DNA from: Trichoplax sp. H2
Taxonomy: Eukaryota
Direction of reading: 5' to 3'
NCBI GenBank assembly: GCA_003344405.1
Contig: NOWV01000243.1
Span: 1 to 64,000 of the forward strand
DNA: 64,000 nucleotides
Of the stretch, positions 12,301 to 36,461 are shown in pieces (positions within the stretch are counted from its first letter, which is position 1; each line of letters starts with the position of its first letter). A program made the position numbers and the translations under genes. The notes below the pieces were generated by a model. It was not told the origin of the DNA. It saw only the letters and a list, made by a program, of their open reading frames with translations, and searched no databases.

Positions 12301-15300
12301 ACGCATTTACTTTTAAAAGAAATACAGATATTTTGGTGGCAGTAGGTAGGTTAGTTTAATTAAAACGGGAAATATAGTACTGGTTAACGCTTAGTCTAAA
12401 GACTTAGAATTTAACTTAACCCAATGTAGGTTAATATTTCTTTCATCTTTAATGTATAAACTATAGTTATGAATACATGAATATCCATTATGTATAACTT
12501 TTCAATAATCTTAACGATCGTAACTATGAATTAATTTTAATCAAATTTAAAAGTTTTATTGCAAATTACGCTAATTTCAGATACGATTAATGCCCTGATT
12601 ATGGAAAATAAAACAAAAATAATTCTAGGAGCAGTTATTGTTCTATGACATTGTCATAGCAAGGAAAGTGTCTCATGGTAGTTAGCCAAGGTAGACTCAA
12701 TTAAATCTGATAAAATTAACTTATAACAGGCCGTATCTAATATCTTTTTTTATAAATTAAATGATTAGCAAAACTAAATATTTGTAATTAAATTACCATT
12801 AACGTCATCTGTTATGCTAAAATTATTTACTCATGTAATCAATGCTCAAATTTTTTATGAATCTTCACGTTGCAAAGATCTCTGATCCTTATTCTCAGAC
12901 CTTGATTGGAGCGCCAATAATTAAGTGAGGAGAATTGAAATATAATTTTATTCCAGTCGTAAAATTGGAAAGCTGATTAGTGATTTCAATTAAGAATAAT
13001 AACAAACAGAAGACAGGTGATCACCTTCGATGTATTACTTAGCATTGTTCGTAATGTATGAACATGATGACAATGTATTTCTGAATAATAACTCAAGGGT
13101 TAGAGCGTTGATATTGTTAGTATATATAGATTGGTAGTACTTCTACTAAAGCTACCATTAATCGATTAGAAACAGAGTAGTATTCTTTTGATTTCATTTG
13201 TATATTTAACTGTATTGTTATTTAAAATTATAAGAGCAGACATGAACAACTGCAACGACAGATATTGATGGAAAAGTATTACAAGAACATTATATTTATC
13301 AAATTTTTTTATTTTATCCTGAATAAATATGTGAAAAATAAATTTTATTGTCAGATATTTGTAATTTTCAAGCGGCCTATACATTACAATATGGGTTGCC
13401 TGTCAGATGATGTAAAAGTGTGATCAAGTTATGCAGTTGTAAATTACCTCTGATTTTTAATAAAAGCTGCTTTAATAGAATTTGAACACTCTTAAAAACA
13501 AGCTGAAAGCCTATACTATACAGGACTGAAGCTGAAACGACTCTTTTACCTAAATTTAGGCATAATGTCTTTGAAAAGGAGCGACGAAATATCTAATGAT
13601 TATAATGCACGCGTTGTTATAATTTAGATATTTTTCACTTTCTTTTTTATAATAAAATCAATAATGAGGAATTAATACTGCCTTTCTATTATACCATGCA
13701 CTTCCTTGATTGCAAACTCATTTGAATATAAAGAAAGAATACCATATGGTTGCTCTTCTAAGCTAAGATCCTTTAATGATTATAATGGTATCCTTCTTCA
13801 AAAAAAAAGGCAGCTGATTAAATCACTCTTACGTTCATAATAGTGGCACCAATTTAATTCTCATTGCTGATGCCATATCCAACTAAACTAATGTTATAGA
13901 ATATGGATAAATTTAGCTCTAATAAATACGATAAAACTAATGTTTTTAACAGAAGAAACGTACTCTGTGCTATTCTCGTTTCGAAATTTATCTTATTAAT
14001 CATGTTAATAGTTGACTTTTTCATTATCATTGGTCATAATTTTACTAGTAGCTCATTCTAATTTGGAACTAAATTATCTGCCAGTAACAAAATATTATTT
14101 ATAGTTAATTTGCTATATAGATCACTGCCATCCATAATTCTTATACTCTTCAAAAAGGAATAATTTTAAAAATTGAATGTTCATTCCATAACTTTGATTG
14201 ATAGTCTGATGCTTTCTGTGATAATTGTAAAGCCTATAGTAGCTTTTTGTGCCATTCAGTAGTAAATGCGAGTAGATTTCACTAATCAAACTACTTTGAT
14301 CTCAAACTCCAATATCGTATGAAAATGAATTCAATGGCGATCATATACGTTATGTCAATTATTATCTTTTTAGCTAGAAAAACCGGATGTAGTTAAGTAT
14401 AAATCACTTTGATCGATTATTTTGAAGTACTCAAATTTTGATATCTTTCTTTACTAAATTGCGATCATTACAATCTAATTAAGAAAGAGATTGATAGATA
14501 CCAAAGTCCGTTAACCAATTTTAACATTTAATTTTGTTCAACATACGTACAGAGCATACATGCATACATACGGGCCTACATTTTCATATATTTATATATA
14601 TATAACATATTTATATATGTGCATTTATATACACATACATATACAATACATCTAGTTATAGATATATATTACATGAATCTGTAAGCTTCATAATTATATG
14701 CACATATATATGTAAGATTAGATTTAGATAATAGAATCATCTTATGTAATATCATGAATTATATCCTCGATCTAATATCTACTAATTAAAGAAAAATCAG
14801 CAAAGCAACTACGTATGAGTTGGAGAATATTCAGTTGATCAATCCGTTTCTATTGCCTACGGCAATAGAAATACTTATTAAATATGAAATAATTCGAACA
14901 TCGCGTAGAATGTATTCAGGAGATGGGAATAAATAATGTCGTTTTCCTACCATGACAACTCAATGATAGCTAATACATATTGCAGTATATAATTTAGTAT
15001 TATTATTATCATCATTATAAGACGTAGCATTTTTGGAATAAAACGAATGATAAGTTGTTCATTTTTAAAATATCAAATTTAAAAGTGCAACGGTCATTAG
15101 CTGATTATAAATACAATCCTTACCATGAAATTTAGTTATACTCGTATTTAAAGAACGATTAAGATGATGATTCCTCAAAATAATAATGTCAAATGTAAGT
15201 TTAGAAATTTTCAGCTTACGAATAATTTTAATCAAATATGAGATCAAAATACTAGAGGTTTTGTACCAAGCTATATATATCCTGTTATAACAAATAAAAA

Positions 15301-15541
15301 AATTTTTACTTTCTGCTCTATATGAGGATATTATAACTTATATTTTTAAATAGTTCAGCTACTGAAGGCAAAATTTTTAAGATTTCAATTTAGATCACAA
15401 ATAAGTAGTTAAAAATGGAGTTAATATGCGAGGTATCATATCTCTTAATTTCACAAAGTTGCACATCGAATGACGAGAATAAAATCGACATGAAATAATA
15501 AGGTGGACGAAATATTCGTATATAATAACAATGATTAAAAT

Positions 15542-24497
<8,956 letters not shown>

Positions 24498-24882
24498 AAT
24501 ATCTAAGTGTGCAATCAATACAGAGGGAAATAAACGATTTAATAATTCTATCGCTATAAGTAATTGAATGCTATAAGAGTAATAACTATTTTCAAGCAGT
24601 AATCAATTTCAATTTGAAACTAAAAACAAAGTATAATATAAATAATTTATAGACGTAGCAGTAAATTAGGTGATTAATTTAAAGCGATGATAAACTCAAT
24701 AAGCCGTTAAGTAGGTGATGATTGATATTAATATTGTATTGCTAACATATGATACCGTTAGTGTGAACAGATTGATTTGTTACTACAAATTAAAAGTTGA
24801 TTGCGGTTTATGACTTGACTGGAGTACTGGCTGTAATAGAAGTTAGAAATACAACTAATCAAGAGTGCCAATCTGTCTTGCC

Positions 24883-24890
24883 TTTTTATA
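24883..24890 (-). promoter_or_regulatory. Candidate TATA box of Mnx
   Basis: CCTATAAAAAGG on the minus strand about 390 bp upstream of the ATG; the AT-rich background lowers specificity. Confidence 0.4.
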
Positions 24891-27800
24891 GGTTAACAAC
24901 TAGTCAATTAGCTTTTGAATCGAAAAGAAAGTTAATGCGATAATATCATTATCCCCCGCAATGTTTACTCGTGTAATTTGTTTCGTCTATTGTGAATAAA
25001 TTGATGATGTATTGTCTAAGCTTTTATACTCAACCAAATTGATTTCACAACAACAAACAATAACAAAATTGTCGGAGATCTAAGGAAAAATATGGGGCTG
25101 CAGCAAAATAGCTTGAAAGTAAAAATAAGCCCAAGGCCAAGCACCATTTCTGTTTGCTACCGTAGACATAAACATGACGAAATCAAATTAGTATAAGACA
25201 ATAACTTATTTCAAATGCTGACTGGCTATTGATGACAAGTGTCCATCATTACTAAAACCAATGCATGAAAATAAGGCTTCGAACAACAAAGGTATAAAAA
25301 TTGCATGACTATTAGGCAAATAAAAAAATGTTTTCAAACGCTAAAATAGAAATGAAGTACTTATTTAAGCAATCAATGGCAGTGAATAAAAACCAGCTAG
25401 GACTGATTGCATAACTTATAATTACAGCTATTTTTATAGCTAATATGTTATCATTGCCTATCAAGATCATATTCAATAGTTGATGATTGATAGTGATATA
25501 ATATATCCGTTAAGAAAAGCAATGGAGTGTAAAGAAATGATGATAATAGATAAATTTCAGAATTATACATAAAATATCAATCAGCTAATATTGATATAAC
25601 TAATTCGATCTATTGATCCAGTCCTACGATCAAGTTATGCTTTAATGAATGTTAATAAGATTTAAATTTCATAATTTATCGAATTATCAAATTATTTAAT
25701 CCGCTTAAAATTTAAATATCTACTTATACTTAATGAAGTGAAAAGCCTAATTTATCAGTAAAGAGTTGAGAAATAGTTGTAGATCCACTAATCTTAAGGA
25801 GAGAGTATTTTCTTATCGAATATCTCCTTAATCTAACGAATATATATCGTCTAATAAAGCAAAGAACTGATTTCTTTCCATATCTACAATGAATTAAACT
25901 TATTTTAACTATTTCAAGTTACTATTGATTGATTTGCTGATTAATAACTCTAATAGTATCATTGAAAATTTTATTTACCCGATATACAACTCTTTTATCA
26001 TTGAATAATAGATAATTGATTATTATTTCTATCAGAGACCAAAGGCACTTAATTCGTTCGACAAAGTAATTTACTGTATTTACGATTCATTTTGATATGA
26101 TAGGCTGTTTACTTCAAAAATATTCCTAGTTCAAATGCAAAACGAAATTCTATACTGTAATAAAAATGTTATCTAACACAGTTTTAAAATTTCCATGTTA
26201 TTATAGTTTGTTATCCCTCATTTTTACTGCTTTAAGTCAATACTATTAGACGGCATTATCACCAGTTATTTTAATATTACAATAATATATATGTATTAAT
26301 TGAGGTATATGGAAAAGACTTTGGGGCATTGCGATATTGCAATATGCCTTTTCATAAATCCTGGTTTTATCATATTATAATAGATACTGTAGTTACTCTA
26401 CATCAAATGCCATACCTGCGTACACGGGCTATAAGAACAATTCTATCAAGATAATACTTGTATACAAGTACTATAATAGGTTTACATATTGCTAGCAATA
26501 GATGTAAACATCCATTTTTATGATTTCACGTCACTAGTAGTGTTATTTAAGTATAATGGAAGGAGAAATAGAATAAGTTAATCAAAAGAAAACAATCTGC
26601 AGGCTGTGCTTAATCTGTACTAAATATGCTTTACGTAGAAATATTACTTTAACGAATATTATAGTGTAAATCGGTTAAATTACGCCTCATATTCCCCTTC
26701 GTCTGCATATTTATCAATTTTTCGCAAAATAGCTTTAAATACTAATACAGTATCAGCTATCTGATAGTATAGTTTAATCTAAACACATAATACAATCATG
26801 GTTATGTACTAGAATTATTTTCTTGTTTCCATATTACTGAGATTATGATCTTCGATCAAACCGAGTATTTCAATCTATTAATTTCGAAATGTAAACAGAT
26901 CTTTCTTCCCTCGTTTTCTATATCCTATAGACGAAAGGATAAATGGCAATTTCTTCTATTACTATCTATCGACTAATATTAGCAATATCGGGGTGCAAGT
27001 ACTAGTTTATGCTCATTTTAATATGATTTCATGGAACTTGTATAAATATCAGATCAACCGTTTGTAGTGGAGTATCGAGACAATCTAATTTCGTAAAAGT
27101 TTATTAGTATACTTCTCCAATCCTAGATGTTTTCTTCTATCAGTAAATAAATCCATAAAATCTGCTTAAGCATAGATACAGTACGAAAACTTTTCAATAA
27201 TAGTTCTAATGCTCGGTTGCTTTGTTCATAATGGCATTGCTGTAGGTCATTTTACACGTGTGACGATCGAGTTTACGTTATAAGTTCATATTCTAGTCGA
27301 ATAGGCAGAAGGTACTTTATCATAGATACTAAAATAAATTATATAATTGATAAAGAGTTGGCACAATTAGTCATTCTTATTCATCAAATATGTCATAGGC
27401 AAGCTTAATAGGAGATATTAAACTATTGATGCTTATAATAAGTATTGTTTTGGAGCCTATAATCAAGTATTTTTGAATTGAAATTATACAGAAATTATAA
27501 GTCTGTTTAGAATAAATTATTTCTAATTAGTTAACGGGACTGATGAAGATCAATTTATGAACAACATCTTGATAGCCAGTGTGAAAAAAAATTATTACAG
27601 AACTCGCTGTTAGCTCAGGATTCTAATTCAATAAAAATATCAGTGACAGAACTGTATGCAGTGATACGGTCCATACGCCATATTGTAAATAGTTATCCTT
27701 GATTGATTTGAAATCAAGATAGCACCCATTGACGTTATTTAGAGTCTATAATAGTCAATTCTATAACTAAAGTTATAATTCATAAATTAAAAGTGACGTA

Positions 27801-30800
27801 TGCTGAGTGCTATGTCATATCTGATAGAAAGCTGAGGAGTATTTTGAAAAATGATAAATTATATTATCACCATCTCATGGTTCAGATTCAACACATTTAA
27901 TTCACACAAGATCAAAATAAAATATGAATATTTTGCCTTGTAATAAATTTTATAATGATTGCTACTATATAGAATCAAATAAAAAGACACTCTTTAATAT
28001 TTTGGTGATAAAAAATTATCACATATTTGAATGCATGTAAGTAATTTATTAAACGGATGGAGTAAAAAAACCTTCCAGTTAAATTTAAATCTATAGAGGA
28101 TTTCTGGTAGAATTTACGACAGCACCGCCTACACAGATAGCCTGATCCACATCCTTGAGAACTATTTACTCTTAATCATAAATTAATGATATAAGCTGAT
28201 CAAATTTATGATCTAAATTGCTTGCAATGTAAAAATATTGACTAGATTAGAGTATAAAATTGATATTGATTTGTAACATTTAGTTAGCTAGATAGCTAGG
28301 TATAGGTAGACAGAAGGAGGGACAGAGTTGCAAATAGATTCACAAAAGTAGACTTATATAACATATACATATAGATACATGAACGTATAAGATATGTATA
28401 TAAATTGATAAAGAAGTAAGGTAATACTATAAATGGACAGATGAGGTACTTATATCTGGATAAATTGATAAGTTGCGTTAATTAATGCCAATATCTAATT
28501 ATAATGAGAAATTGCTAGGATTGACAGTAAACATTTGACTACTTTTGTCAACCAGAATATTCGAGTATTTGATTTCAATATTATAAGGAAAAATACTTTA
28601 CTAAAGTCCCTTTTATGACAAATCCCAATTTCTACGACGAAAGATATGTCTTAATCAGCGGAATTTTGACTAAGCTAAGTAAATCATTGACAATTACTAT
28701 GCTAAAGGAAACAATTCCTCGCCTTAGATTGATTAAATTATAAGGTAATTAGAAACTATTCCAATTCCATTTTTAGTTTCGTTAGCTATCGAGTAAAAAG
28801 ATTGCAAGATGATTTCTTTCGTTCTTGCTTAAGTTAAAATGGGGTAAATTCCAACGGATTAGTCTTGTACGTCAATATCTTTTGCCCTAATGCCTAAATT
28901 ATTAACAATATCGGGAAAATTCCCAAAGTACTGATTGACTTACAAGTTTTCAAGGAAAACACAAATGAATGGTTATAATTATTTATATTCATTCATATTT
29001 AATAATCTGCATATCGACAAGATTCTAATCAATAAATGATAGATGCTACGTACCCTAGAGCTATCCTATCAATTATCTCTACCCTTAATATGCCTACATG
29101 AACACTTCAAGTTATTGAACGCATCGCTTACTTAATCATTATTATTTTATTATATTGTATTTGCCCAACCTTTGATTATTTGTCATCTAAAGGCAAATTA
29201 CTCTGTCTTCCTTAAAGGGATATTACTACAAATCAATGAAGATGCGACTGTACTTCAACGACATAAAAGCTTTAATTCTCTTTCGATTCGATCCATTGTC
29301 ATGACCTGATTTGCCAAGCGGCAAGTTAAATACAAAAGTGAGAAAAGAGGCAAAAATATTATTACTTCAATCTATCCCCTATTATAAATGTGATAGTGAT
29401 AATTATACTTGAAATAGAGGGAAAGTATAGGTACTCTAACTATTAGTAATTAACAATTCAGACACATAAAAAATCTTTAACAATCCGATTATTATTTATT
29501 AGATAAGGGTACACCTTATTCTATACCCATGAGTTTTAATGTCTAACGCAATGCTGGGCTTGAGCATTGCTTGGTCCTTTAATGCAGTATCTAACAACGA
29601 CCTTCCGAGAATCACCAATATACATTGCATAACGGAATAAATTATATAGAACTTGGTTTAATTTTATAGAAAATAAAATTGAATCATCTTCCTATTTGAT
29701 TCTTCATGCTAACTGTTATACTTTGATAACGTAAGAGAGCAGCAGATAATATCCCTTCCTTGGCTGATATTGAATCGATAGGATGGACTTATGACAATAG
29801 CGATAGATTCTGCTGTTTGATAATTTGTGATAGGTCGAATCGTGAGTATATAAAGTATTTAATTAATAAAAAGAAATTCCGTTTCTTTCCCTTGTCTAAC
29901 CCAACAAATAAATAAATTGTTTATAATCTGAAAGTATTGTAAGATCAATTTCAATAGAAATACCAAGTTGATACTCAATTTAATTTTTTTTCTTGACGTC
30001 CACTGTAATATTATCATTACTAATGTAGAGATATAACATATATTAAACCTAATGAATATGATGATTAAAGTGTTGAAGATAATAGGTAGTAAATCAAGTT
30101 ACATCTAAAATGGAGTGTTTTGCTTGTATATGAATGATATTTTCCTGTTGCATGATCTTATTATCAATAGAATAAATGGAAAGTAATGAAATCGATTTTG
30201 AGTTATCGAGTTGGTATTTAATTTGAGTCACGTATCGCTCTAATTGATTAAAAATAATTTATAATAGAGTTATTATTATAATTTCGCTAATTCTCCTATA
30301 ACTTTTGATGTATGTAAAATATTTATAATGATCATATAACAACAAATTCTCAGAAATTCTTTCCTGAATCTTGTTACATTCGGATTTCATCAAATCATAA
30401 GAAAATCAAGCAACTCTGGTACCTACTCATTTTTGAGCATGATAATATGATGCATCGTGCAAATATTAATTTCTCCTATATTTTCCCATACATCTAATGC
30501 TGTATCTCATAATAAGACTTAAGAAGTTTTATCAATGATAATAAAGAAATTTGTATTCAGCCCTAAAATATAGTCTTTTATTTCAAATTAGGCATGAAAC
30601 ATTGTCTATTCAATCAATACTTCAATTAAATTTTTTAATTAAAATTCTGTTTTAATACTTAAGTAAGCAAATAGATTAATTTCCAGTGAATAATTAGAAA
30701 GACAATACACAGAAAAATTTTTGCAATATATGACAACATATGATTTCATCGCATGCAGTCAATATTATTAAGTAGCAAATTGCTATTATTGTAAGAATCT

Positions 30801-32810
30801 AATCATACCATAATTTTTAATTTTAATATCTATGTAATTCCATAATAGCTCTTATTCATTATACTCTATTGCTGATGACAAGGTAAATAAGTACTCCTTT
30901 CTTGAGTCTGCAACTGCCGGTGCAATACCCAACTTTAATCAATGGCAATAATCATTCAATTTCAAATTAAAAGAAAATTTTTAATAAAAACTGACAGATT
31001 TTAAAGCTTTCAACCTGGTACAGTTTATCGAGCTATCATAATAAACTGCGGAATTAGAAATGAGAATAAATAGACAAAAATCGAATCTACACAATTTGGC
31101 GTGATCTGAGTAAAGTTATTGTTTTATCTATCTGAAATAACGGGTAAAATTGATTTCAAATAGATCGTAATGTTTTTATTGCATCGTACTTTTACTTACA
31201 GCCGACGGTACTACATGGCCTGTTATAAGTACTATATCATCATTTGAAATATCACGATTATCATTTTAGTAATGTACCCCTTAAAAGCCCCTGACTGAAC
31301 TTAATTAGCACCTTATTCTAAATCTACTATGCAGCTGCGTGTATTAAAAATCAAACTTACATACAAATGCAGTTCTTACTAAGAATGACTTAAACGAAAT
31401 CTTAAAGGATGATCTCCATTCTAGTTAAATTTCTATATTTAAAATGTAGAGACTCTTTTATACATTTTAGCTTATGTTAGTATAATTTTACGCAATGAGA
31501 TTCAGCAAAGCAAAACTAATTGTTATTTAACGTGTCAGTCAGGATCTTTTAAAATAAGTAACTACAGCTGCTTAAGAATTTTTGTTTAGGTTCCGCAAAA
31601 ACGGAAATTAAAAGCATTCAATTGTAAATTAATTCTTTACGATCGAGACCGTGCCGAGCTAGAACTTTTCTTTAGTACGGTAGTTTATCACGGTTCACAG
31701 TAGATTATTAATAAAGAAATCCAGAACCAAAAAAATCTCAACAGATATTACGGTAATTAATTCAAGTTATTAGAAGCAGTGTAGAATAATGTCATTTAAT
31801 TTGAGCAAAAATATTCCGTAAAACGAAGCCTAAATATTTTATTCCTATAAGGGGAATAAAATGGGTTTATAAACTGAAGCATTCTATATAAATTTTCGAA
31901 AGTTCCCTTAGTAAAACTAACACATCACCTTAAATGTCCCTTACCTATTAATTGTTTGTATTAGTTAATAAAAAAATATTTGTATACACCTGCGCGTTAT
32001 TATCTAAAAGCATACAACTTGGATTTCCTTTAGCCGGCTGTGGGTGTTTTTTGCTATTCGTAAAATGCCTTGGAACTTATTACAGGAAAGATATATCTAT
32101 TCAGTCATTTGCTATCGCCATGAAATTAAGGTAGCTAGCCACTATATAAAACATATAATCCTTTATTGATTTAGCCATTTCTAAATCTGCAGTAGTATTA
32201 TCGTTATAACCAAAAGTATTGTTATCCTAAGATATCAGGCAACAATGTAAATCTATACGTTTTTAAAGCTGATTTCCTAATTCAAGTAAATTTGTAAAAT
32301 CCCACTGGATTAATAGCTTGAAAATATCTCCGCTGATTAGATATGCCATTTATCTATCAATAATACTTTATATAAATTATTAAGACGATCTTTGGTATAC
32401 GTAATGCAAATAATTCATCCAATTACTTTGATGTATTGGCATCAGTACGGAAATTACCTGAAAATAGGTTATTCCTTGTAGATTTTATTCGATCCTTTTT
32501 TTATACCTAGTTGTTAACCTTACAACATATTGTCTTTAGCTGTTAATTATCCGATCTAAACAGTAACTATGTACTATAAATAAATTATGAAGATTTTTTC
32601 AGTGTTACCATAGTTCTTTAATTTCTTTAATAGGACAGCTGCTATAATTTGAAACTAGTGTGAGCAAATTGGCCTGAAAAATAGTTAAGTACCTAGTAAT
32701 ATTAACAAATAATCACTTCTAAATTGACCTTGACATTGCTTCAATATGCGGTAATTAATATTATTGTTTGCCAAATAGGTAAATTATAATATTTGAAGTA
32801 ACTAAGGCTT

Positions 32811-33696
32811 ATATCCTCAGTATCGTATTTCTGCGTTATAGAATGACTGACGCAGAAAATTAATCAATTTTATAGCTACTCATAACATTACTGTTACCCT
32901 CTCAAAACTTGCAATAAGAATGCCCTACTGCATTTTGCCGTAAACTCCCTATTTACAGATAAGTAAATTTTAAATTAAGAATAATATCATCCAGAACATC
33001 TTCGAAAAAAGGAATAGAGCATAGAAGATAATATCGGAAATAGCAAGAATATTAAAACGATCATTGCTAATATTTCTGTAGCTACAGCATAGTTACTTGT
33101 ATAGTAATCAAGTTAAACATTGAATAAGTAGAAATGTAGCTGTAATATGTATGTAAAAATTTTTCGTTCCTCTGTGTGATATATACCAATCACGAAATTC
33201 CAAATTTTAGAAAAATAAGGGCTTTATTGAATCTTATACAAAGATTAACTACACAGCTCTACTCTAGCCGAATACTACTTCTAAAGACTTCTACAACGAA
33301 CTAACAGAATAANNNNNNNNNNNNNNNNNNNNATATCCTCAGTATCGTATTTCTGCGTTATAGAATGACTGACGCAGAAAATTAATCAATTTTATAGCTC
33401 CTCATAACATTACTGTTACCCTCTCAAAACTTGCAATAAGAATGCCCTACTGCATTTTGCCGTAAACTCCCTATTTACAGATAAGTAAATGATAAATTAA
33501 GAATAATATTATCCAGAACATCTTCGAAGAAAGGAATAGAGCATAGAAGATAATATCGGAAATAGCAAGAATAGTAAAACGATCATTGCTAATATTTCTG
33601 TAGCTACAGCATAGTTACTTGTATAGTAATCAAGTTAAACATTGAATAAGTAGAAATATAGCTGTAATATGTATGTAAAAATGTTGCGTTCCTCTG
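32811..33696. other. Duplicated 364-bp segment (32811-33174 and 33333-33696) across gap 33313-33332; probably two haplotypes assembled in tandem
   Basis: Same length and 9 substitutions counted; the copies diverge where an LTR-A begins in the left copy. Confidence 0.8.
33175..33312 (-). mobile_element. LTR family A, partial copy running into the gap
   Basis: TGTGATATATACC... matches 34555-34694 starting exactly at the TGT terminus. Confidence 0.8.
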
Positions 33697-34554
33697 TCTG
33701 AGATCTGTAGGGTCTTAAACACTACTAGCTGATTTTTATTTTGTCCTTAGGTCTTACATTAATGTACTGTGTTAGTGCATAAGTTTTGATCATTCACGTT
33801 CTGTGAAATACGTGTATGATTAACATATCTCGTGAAAAACAAGCAATTTTACAAAATAGCTTAATGTCTTTGTCCGGCTAATGCTAGCTGTTTTCAATCA
33901 CTTAATTGAGGAAGAGAAATAAAGCTATATGGCACAGCTCTGATGAATGATGATGTTTCGCACTAAAGTCGGAAACTACAAGTTAAAGATGGTAAACTAA
34001 GCTCATGACTACACTCTGTCAGTGTAAATAAGTAAGAGTAGGATATTGCCGAAATAATTCTAGCCAAGGATGCAGAAGAAATATACAAACAAGCAGTTCT
34101 ATATCATTTTATGATTCTTTCTAAGGTCTTCTAAATAGTCCTATTTAAATAGAGCAGAACTATACAAAGTCATAATATATATAATGATTCAACATACTTT
34201 AGAAACTGTTGATCTATTTCATTAGAAATGTGAAAGAATATCTTTGGCTTACGACTCTTCCCTTAAGCCAACATTTAGCATCCATTGAGCATTATTGAAA
34301 ACAATGTTGACCAAAAGACTATAACTTTAATAATTACATTACCTTTTACAAGGTTAACAAACAGATATCACATCCTATTTTGTATACCTGAATTACACAA
34401 TAAAACCAGTTAGAATGATAATTAATGAAACCGAATGATTAGATATATTGCTTTCCTACTGCCACACGATATTTATTTTAAAGCATTAACAGGGGGGTAT
34501 CTTTTCTTAAGTAGATATCTTACTTATCTATGTGTGTGAATGCGAAGATACGCG

Positions 34555-35105
34555 TGTGTTATATACCGATCACGAGATTCCAAATTTTAGAAAAATAAGG
34601 GCTTTATTGAATCTTATACAAAGATTAACTACACACAGCTCTACTCTAGCCGAATGCTACTACTAAAGAGTTCTAGAACGAACTAACAGAATAATCTAAA
34701 GTTGTATGCTTTTATACTTTTCGTAGCATTCGCAGCTACAATCCGCATGGCAACCTTTTACATTATATTATACATAGTTAAATTATTCTTAGTAAGGCTA
34801 TTCTACTGCGGACCATCATTAATCCAATATGGATACGACTATAGTACTTACGTAGACATTATTCACACCAGCCAAAGTACAATGAATTAACCATATCCTA
34901 ATATATGATTTACAGTTCTATTTTTACCTATAGCCTTATTAGTAACTCAACACCTTACTGTATATAGTCATGTGTACGCTAGCATAGAATCTATACCACT
35001 ACAGTCTATAGTTATAGCTACCAAATATCTCCTAGGATAAATATCTACTGTACATTATACTAAATATGGCTAACAGTCTACAATCACAATACTAGTTCCA
35101 TTACA
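34555..35105 (-). mobile_element. Solo LTR, family A (551 bp)
   Basis: Termini TGTGTTAT...CATTACA; 5-bp TSD ACGCG at 34550-34554 and 35106-35110; both ends independently confirmed by the copies at 33175 and 7312; minus-strand AATAAA near 34603-34608 suggests the orientation. Confidence 0.88.
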
Positions 35106-36461
35106 ACGCGTTATAATATGAGAAAAAGAAATTAAAGCATGTGAAATTCAGTGTCTTTTGCGGATATCAGGTATAGATATCATATACGGATTTATATATG
35201 AAGTAAAAACTGTCAAGATCTTATATAATACCTCATTGAAGCTCAAACCGCAAATAATTTTGTTTTTGTATCCAGTTATTCCAATTACATTCAGTCTTTC
35301 ATACTTCAAATTTTAGCAAGGCTCAAACTATTTGAAAGAAATCATAGTAATTACGATACCTGTTATTTAGGGAAATTTCACCAATAATCTGAACTTCTTT
35401 GCATTTCTATGTTCCATATGAGATGCTTACTATGCAGCTGTTTCTCCAACTACGCTTAAGCAGAAATTGTAAAGGGCGTTATTAAACGATCATGATTCTA
35501 TAAGAATTATAACTTTAAGTAACCTTTTATATGATGGGATATTGCCTAGAAATAACCCATTTCACCGAGAAATATTGTAATTTTGATATAACATTGCTAA
35601 AAGTGGCATAAATACTGCATCACCATAGGTAACTTAGCGCAACATCTGTCGCAAAAGTCCGAGGCACTAATATTCAAGTACTTTCGTTCCGTATCTTTCT
35701 GACTGATGACTTAATATATGTTATAGTCCTTGCTAGATTTTTATCTATCAGATTTTCTGGTGATAGTATTTATTACAATCGGATTAAATTTGTGATTTCC
35801 TTTTAAGTTGAGACCTAATTTATGGTCTAGGACTAGTCGACTAGGGCTCAGGCTACGGAAAAAAAATTCTCTATTACAGTAGATCGCCTGATGACTCCGT
35901 TTACTAATCTCGATTAGTCGCTGGTGACAGTAAATAGTTTAAATTACATTCTTAACCCATATTGCTAGCATCTAATAATTGAAATTCGTACCATTGCGCT
36001 TTATATATGTCTTATATAGACACTTAGTATGATATCAGAATCAGTCACTTACTCGCAAAGACCATTTTTTATAGTCCATGTAGGCCTTAATATTCAATTT
36101 TGGCTGATATACAATATAGGCTAATATCGGTATAACGTATAACAAGTATACTCTATTTAAACATAGCTAAAAAGTTCAAATTTAACCAAGGCATCTGTAA
36201 CTGCGCGTTGTTTTTCTGTTTCACCATAGATCAAAGTTAAGAAGGGAAATTATAAACAATTCCCAATACCGTTCACAAAATAGATTTTAGTTCGTCTTTA
36301 TCCAGATTCTAGAACTAATACCGTATTTATCGAAATTAAGTTGAGCACAGTATATAACTATAGTTAATAGTGTTACAAGTAGCTGCCGGAATGCCCATTG
36401 CGCTATAGAACCGTACAGCATAGAACTTAAAGTTACTAGACGATTAAAATCATTATTATAA

